From Pseudomonadota bacterium (GTDB taxonomy: Bacteria > Bdellovibrionota_B > Oligoflexia > Oligoflexales > CAIMVM01), in assembly GCA_037142195.1 (NCBI GenBank), contig JBAXBA010000001.1, positions 178,345 to 242,344 on the forward strand: DNA of 64,000 nucleotides, read 5' to 3'. The notes beneath the pieces are model-generated. The model was not told where the DNA came from. It did not search any database and saw only the letters and a program-made list of their open reading frames with translations. Shown in pieces: positions 60,257 to 64,000 of this stretch. Both the position numbers and the translations under genes were made by a program. Within the stretch, counting starts at the first letter, position 1. The number at the start of each line of letters is the position of its first letter.

Positions 60257-61245
60257 CAAAGCTCCGGCATAATAATGCGATTGTCGACGCCTAAAATATT
60301 GGTAATGAGGGCCACTCGCGTCCACATTCCATTCCGCTCTTGGCGCCAGTACTTGGCTCGCGGGTCCTGGTCCACTCTCGGATCGATTTCGTCCCGGCGT
60401 GGAAAGGGGTGCATAATCACACAATCCTTTTTAAGAAGCGGAAGGTGCTCAAGCCTTAGATGAAATTCTTTGGTATCTATTTTTTTGGATTCACCACTCA
60501 AGTCATATTCGTCTTGAACTCTTGTCATATAAATGGCGTCGGCAGCCCCAATAGCAGCTTTAAAATTTGAAGTTTCTTCAAAAGATAGCCCAGGTGCTTG
60601 GGTCAATTGTGTTCTTAAGTCGGCACCTATTTTGAACTCTTCTGGGGACACAAAGAGAAGTTTTACGCCCTCATATTGCATCAAAAGCTGGGACAAAGAA
60701 CGAACGGTTCTCCCTCTTTTTAAGTCTCCGACAAGAGCGATGGTTTTACCCTGGAAACCACCCGACTTTCTGAAACTTCGGTTTAAGGTGTACATGTCTA
60801 ATAGGGCTTGGGTGGGATGTTGGTCCGGACCGCTTCCTGCGTTTATGATGGGAACCGGGCGATGAGTTGAGTTTAAGAGCTGAGCCATCTTGTCACAAAG
60901 CCCTGCAATAGGTGAGCGCATGATAATGAGGTCCACGTAGCTTGAAAAAGTCTGTAAAGAATCTTCAACGCTTTCGCCTTTGCGCTCAGAGCTTGTGGAG
61001 GAGTCTCTAATTTCAAGGGATTTTATGCCAAGAATATGGCATGCAGACTGAAACGACATAAAAGTGCGCGTGGAAGGCTGGGTAAAATAAAGCATGGCCC
61101 TCTTATGATTGAGAAGCGACTGCAAATACATCTGGCCCTCTTTAGACTTATCCAAGCGGCGAATCTTGTCGGTGAGTTCAAAAAGGTAAGCCAAAAAGTT
61201 TTTATCAAATTGGTCTGCTTTTAAGATGTGCATGGGCTTTTTCAT
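60256..61245 (-). CDS. pyrB: Aspartate carbamoyltransferase catalytic subunit
   Basis: PSTRT, KGESVEDS, HPTQALLD, GDLKRGRTVRS, YMTRVQDE, MHPFPR. Confidence 0.95.
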   Translation of the reverse strand: MKKPMHILKADQFDKNFLAYLFELTDKIRRLDKSKEGQMYLQSLLNHKRAMLYFTQPSTRTFMSFQSACHILGIKSLEIRDSSTSSERKGESVEDSLQTFSSYVDLIIMRSPIAGLCDKMAQLLNSTHRPVPIINAGSGPDQHPTQALLDMYTLNRSFRKSGGFQGKTIALVGDLKRGRTVRSLSQLLMQYEGVKLLFVSPEEFKIGADLRTQLTQAPGLSFEETSNFKAAIGAADAIYMTRVQDEYDLSGESKKIDTKEFHLRLEHLPLLKKDCVIMHPFPRRDEIDPRVDQDPRAKYWRQERNGMWTRVALITNILGVDNRIIMPEL

Positions 61246-61255
61246 GACTTTCCTT

Positions 61256-62284
61256 TCACCAAAATGTGACCGTGGCTTCTTTTTGAGTTTCATCTTTTTC
61301 TAGATGTCCCATCACTTGGCACGGAAGGCCAAGTGCCGTAGCTTTAGAAATAAAAGGCTCGCAATGTTTTGAATCTACCACGGCAATCATGCCGCAGCCT
61401 AAATTAAATACGGATTCTAGACTTTGTATCGAGCTTCCATGGGCTTCCATAAAGTCTCTCATCCAAGGAGGTGTGGGAAGATTCTTGAGATTTATCTTTG
61501 CATGGGCCCAAGACGGAAGTACTCGAGGCAGATTGCCCGAAATTCCACCTCCGGTGATATTTGCTAGGGCATGAAAGACTTCAGTACCAACTTGATCTAA
61601 AAGGTCTGGAACTTCCGAGTAGAGGCGGGTTGGAGTCATGAGGTTCTTGATAAGACTGGGTGATCCTGGCTTTTCATTGAGCCATTTTCGAATGAGAGAA
61701 AACCCATTGGAGTGGAAGCCACTAGCGGCAAATGCGACGAGAGAATCACCTTCTTTGACGTTTTTAGGGCCAAGCATTTTCTGGCCATCGACGACGCCAA
61801 CGACAAATCCAGCTAAATCAAAATGACCTTTGCCATAAAGCCCAGGCATTTCCGCTGTTTCACCGCCAAGTAAGAGAGCGCCACAATGTTTTACTGCCTT
61901 TTGAATCCCTGACAACACCGATTTGAATTGGGTAGAATCCAGCTTTCCTGTTGCGTAATAGTCTAAAAACCAAAGGGGCCTCGCTCCGAGGGTGTAGAGA
62001 TCATTCACACACATACCCACAAGATCTTGTCCTAATCCTTCTAAATGTCCAGATTCGCTTCCTAGAAGAACCTTTGTGCCGACGCCATCTGTGCCAGTAA
62101 CGAGAAGGGGATCGGCAATGCCCTTGAAATTCGGTCGAAACAATGCCGCAAATCCACCTACCCCGGAGACCACTTCACCTAAAGGTATTTTAGGATCAGA
62201 TTCATCTTTTTTAAGCCAGTCAACCAGACTGTCTGCTAAGTCGATATCAACGCCAGAATCTTTGTAAAGCTGATCGTCTTTCAT
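61256..62284 (-). CDS. purM: Phosphoribosylformylglycinamidine cyclo-ligase
   Basis: YKDSGVD, TDGVGTK, CVND, GGETAEMPG, SGFHSNGFSL, ITGGG, FNLGCG. Confidence 0.97.
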   Translation of the reverse strand: MKDDQLYKDSGVDIDLADSLVDWLKKDESDPKIPLGEVVSGVGGFAALFRPNFKGIADPLLVTGTDGVGTKVLLGSESGHLEGLGQDLVGMCVNDLYTLGARPLWFLDYYATGKLDSTQFKSVLSGIQKAVKHCGALLLGGETAEMPGLYGKGHFDLAGFVVGVVDGQKMLGPKNVKEGDSLVAFAASGFHSNGFSLIRKWLNEKPGSPSLIKNLMTPTRLYSEVPDLLDQVGTEVFHALANITGGGISGNLPRVLPSWAHAKINLKNLPTPPWMRDFMEAHGSSIQSLESVFNLGCGMIAVVDSKHCEPFISKATALGLPCQVMGHLEKDETQKEATVTFW

Positions 62285-62996
62285 GTGGACTCCTCTTGGT
62301 CAAGGCCAATGACTTTTCAGCAATGAACTCTTGTGGTAGGTCGCCTTTGGCATTCAAATAAAAACAGTTATAGCCCAAGCCTCGCAGCTTGCCAACGTCC
62401 ATCAGATTTGATTTTTCTAGGGCTGCTATTGCCAGCCGACCCCTCCCCCATCGCCGCAGCTTCTCAGCCGCGCTTGAAAGATCGATTCCCTCCTGGTAAA
62501 TGAGCAAAAACTTGGCATCTGTTTCCAGGGCCAAATCAAAGTCCCGCTGGCTTTTAATCTGGAGAAGAGCTTCGATGGAAGCTTCTTTGCAGGTCTCAAT
62601 CAGATATTGCAATTTCGGGAGCTGGTGAAACTTCGGGTCGATCACTACCCCATCCAGCTCTAAACATCGAGCCTCCCAAACCTCGTACTCATCGATTAAG
62701 GGCCAGAAGGCAATCGTGGGACAGGCCGTCTTTGCTTTCAAGGAGCCTAAAAGGGAGAGATCCTCGGGGCTGACCATGAGGGTGTCAGCAAAGTGAGACG
62801 AACGCTCGCCAATTTCGGAGGACAATATATAGGTAACAGGGCGGTTAGATAGGGCGATGAGAGCCTCAGCTAAGTCTCGCGGCCTGGGAAGCGTCTCAGA
62901 TAAGGCCCAAAGCTCTTCCGGCGGCAGTAAGCGCTTTCTCTCATCCACCTGGTGCTCAAGGAATTGTAGGTCCCTAGGCAATTCTTGCACACTCAT
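62247..62996 (-). CDS. Indole-3-glycerol phosphate synthase (TrpC)-like protein with catalytic motifs lost
   Basis: TrpC-like scaffold segments (RKRLLPPEEL...PRPRDLAEAL; IDEYEVWEAR..ELDGVVI; IEALLQI...FDLAL; DVGKLRGLG); no EIKKASPS, SVLT, RKDF, NNRDL or ESG motifs. Confidence 0.65.
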   Translation of the reverse strand: MSVQELPRDLQFLEHQVDERKRLLPPEELWALSETLPRPRDLAEALIALSNRPVTYILSSEIGERSSHFADTLMVSPEDLSLLGSLKAKTACPTIAFWPLIDEYEVWEARCLELDGVVIDPKFHQLPKLQYLIETCKEASIEALLQIKSQRDFDLALETDAKFLLIYQEGIDLSSAAEKLRRWGRGRLAIAALEKSNLMDVGKLRGLGYNCFYLNAKGDLPQEFIAEKSLALTKRSPHERRSALQRFWR

Positions 62997-63053
62997 AGAG
63001 CTGAGCCCCCCCTTAATGTCTGATAAGATTTTACCAGATGGAGGATCTTTGGC

Positions 63054-63830
63054 ATGAATGATTATGTCGTTTGTATCGTGCTGGCGCTTCAAAGCCTGTT
63101 TTTAGGCCTGCGAGCCATGGCAGGAAATTCGGCTGGAGCCGCCCATGCAAACCAGATTTTGCAATTTACGGAAGAGTTTGCTTCCGCAAAGTTAGCGATT
63201 CTTCCTACAACTCCAGGCACGCAAGTCGGCCAGCTTTATAGAACCAGCAGAAAGACGACTTCAAAATCTTTATCTCTCATTCCAACGGGAATGGTCAAAA
63301 TTGTAGAGATTCGCGATCAGTTGGCGTTTGCCCTGGTGGTAGAGAGCGGAACTGGGATTTCAAAGTCCCTGTTTCAAAAGTTTGCGGGCCCCATGGCTGG
63401 CGATGAGCTCAAGGAGTACAACCCAACCATAGCCAAAAATATAGAAATAGTGCCAGATGTAGAAGAGTCTTATTATGATGTGTTTCGTGATCCTAAAGCG
63501 AGCCCCACTAGTTTTGAACTTACGGAAGAAGGGTCCACCCGGCTTTTGGAAAAGCTTAAGGTATTTAAGACCAGTCGCGTGAGTATGGTCCTTGTAGAAG
63601 GATACACGGATAGGGTCGGACTTAGCTCCGAAAACCAGGCAGAGTCCTATCAAAGAGCGTTGGCTATCAGATCCTTGATGATCCAAGAACTCGACATGTC
63701 CCCAGATCGAGTCGTAGCTGTAGGTTATGGTGACGGGGAGCAAAAGCCGATTTTTGTGGCGCAAGAATCCAAGCGCGGAAACCGGCGCATTGTGGTTCGC
63801 GCTGTAAATCTTCCGCCTGATATGAAATAG
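63054..63830 (+). CDS. OmpA/MotB-family peptidoglycan-binding protein
   Basis: Signal peptide; VEGYTDRVG...N...SYQRA, VAVGYG, NRRIVV. Confidence 0.88.
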   Translation: MNDYVVCIVLALQSLFLGLRAMAGNSAGAAHANQILQFTEEFASAKLAILPTTPGTQVGQLYRTSRKTTSKSLSLIPTGMVKIVEIRDQLAFALVVESGTGISKSLFQKFAGPMAGDELKEYNPTIAKNIEIVPDVEESYYDVFRDPKASPTSFELTEEGSTRLLEKLKVFKTSRVSMVLVEGYTDRVGLSSENQAESYQRALAIRSLMIQELDMSPDRVVAVGYGDGEQKPIFVAQESKRGNRRIVVRAVNLPPDMK

Positions 63831-63934
63831 ACTTCACTCGGCTCGGGGACCGTTTTAGATTTTCATAAAGACCCTCAGCGGACTGATTCTAAGTTCAGAG
63901 GGCTGTCATAACAATGTTTTCTTTCCCATTTCTG

Positions 63935-64000
63935 TCCTCTCTCTATCCTCTCTCTATCCTCTCTCTATCCTCTCTCTATCCTCTCTCTATCCTCTCTCTA
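63935..64000. repeat. Perfect tandem repeat, at least 6 x 11 bp (TCCTCTCTCTA), runs off window end
   Basis: Six exact consecutive copies. Confidence 0.97.

Noticed and set aside
60257..60424. N-terminal extension of the nitrilase ORF (similar extensions on ACMSD, cyclase, pyrB, TrpC-like and flagellin ORFs)
   Set aside because: These overlap neighbouring genes or leaders; downstream ATGs with an RBS or stop-start coupling are better starts.

Overview
A 64 kb bacterial chromosomal window with no integrase, transposase, prophage or CRISPR array. The gene content suggests Bdellovibrionota/Oligoflexia or a related deltaproteobacterial lineage; this is inference from gene order, short flagellins and many orphan lipoproteins. 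Housekeeping blocks: gyrB(3' end)-gyrA; pyrG-kdsD-lptCAB-rpoN-rapZ; a split glycine cleavage system (gcvP, then gcvT-gcvH); ftsK; mdh; tilS-ftsH-folP-cdaA-cdaR-glmM-tsaE; two flagellins; lolA; purM-pyrB; three tRNAs (Ser-UGA, Ser-GCU, Arg-ACG). An eight-gene kynurenine/tryptophan catabolic cluster (16.4-24.2 kb) lacks TDO and the meta-cleavage lower pathway, and is headed by an SDR without the catalytic Tyr, a candidate for the step after 2-aminomuconate. An accessory stretch around the tRNAs (33.9-44.7 kb) holds a His-rich membrane protein with a palindromic operator, a lipoprotein phytochelatin-synthase homologue, CBS and CHAD proteins and orphan lipoproteins. Other notable signals: two intact but apparently catalytically dead enzymes (TrpC-like and MBL-fold nuclease-like), sigma28-like promoters that point to a 62-aa small protein, several sigma54-like promoters, CsrA-like sites on the flagellin leader, and four short tandem repeats. 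All calls come from motif recognition by eye; no searches were run.
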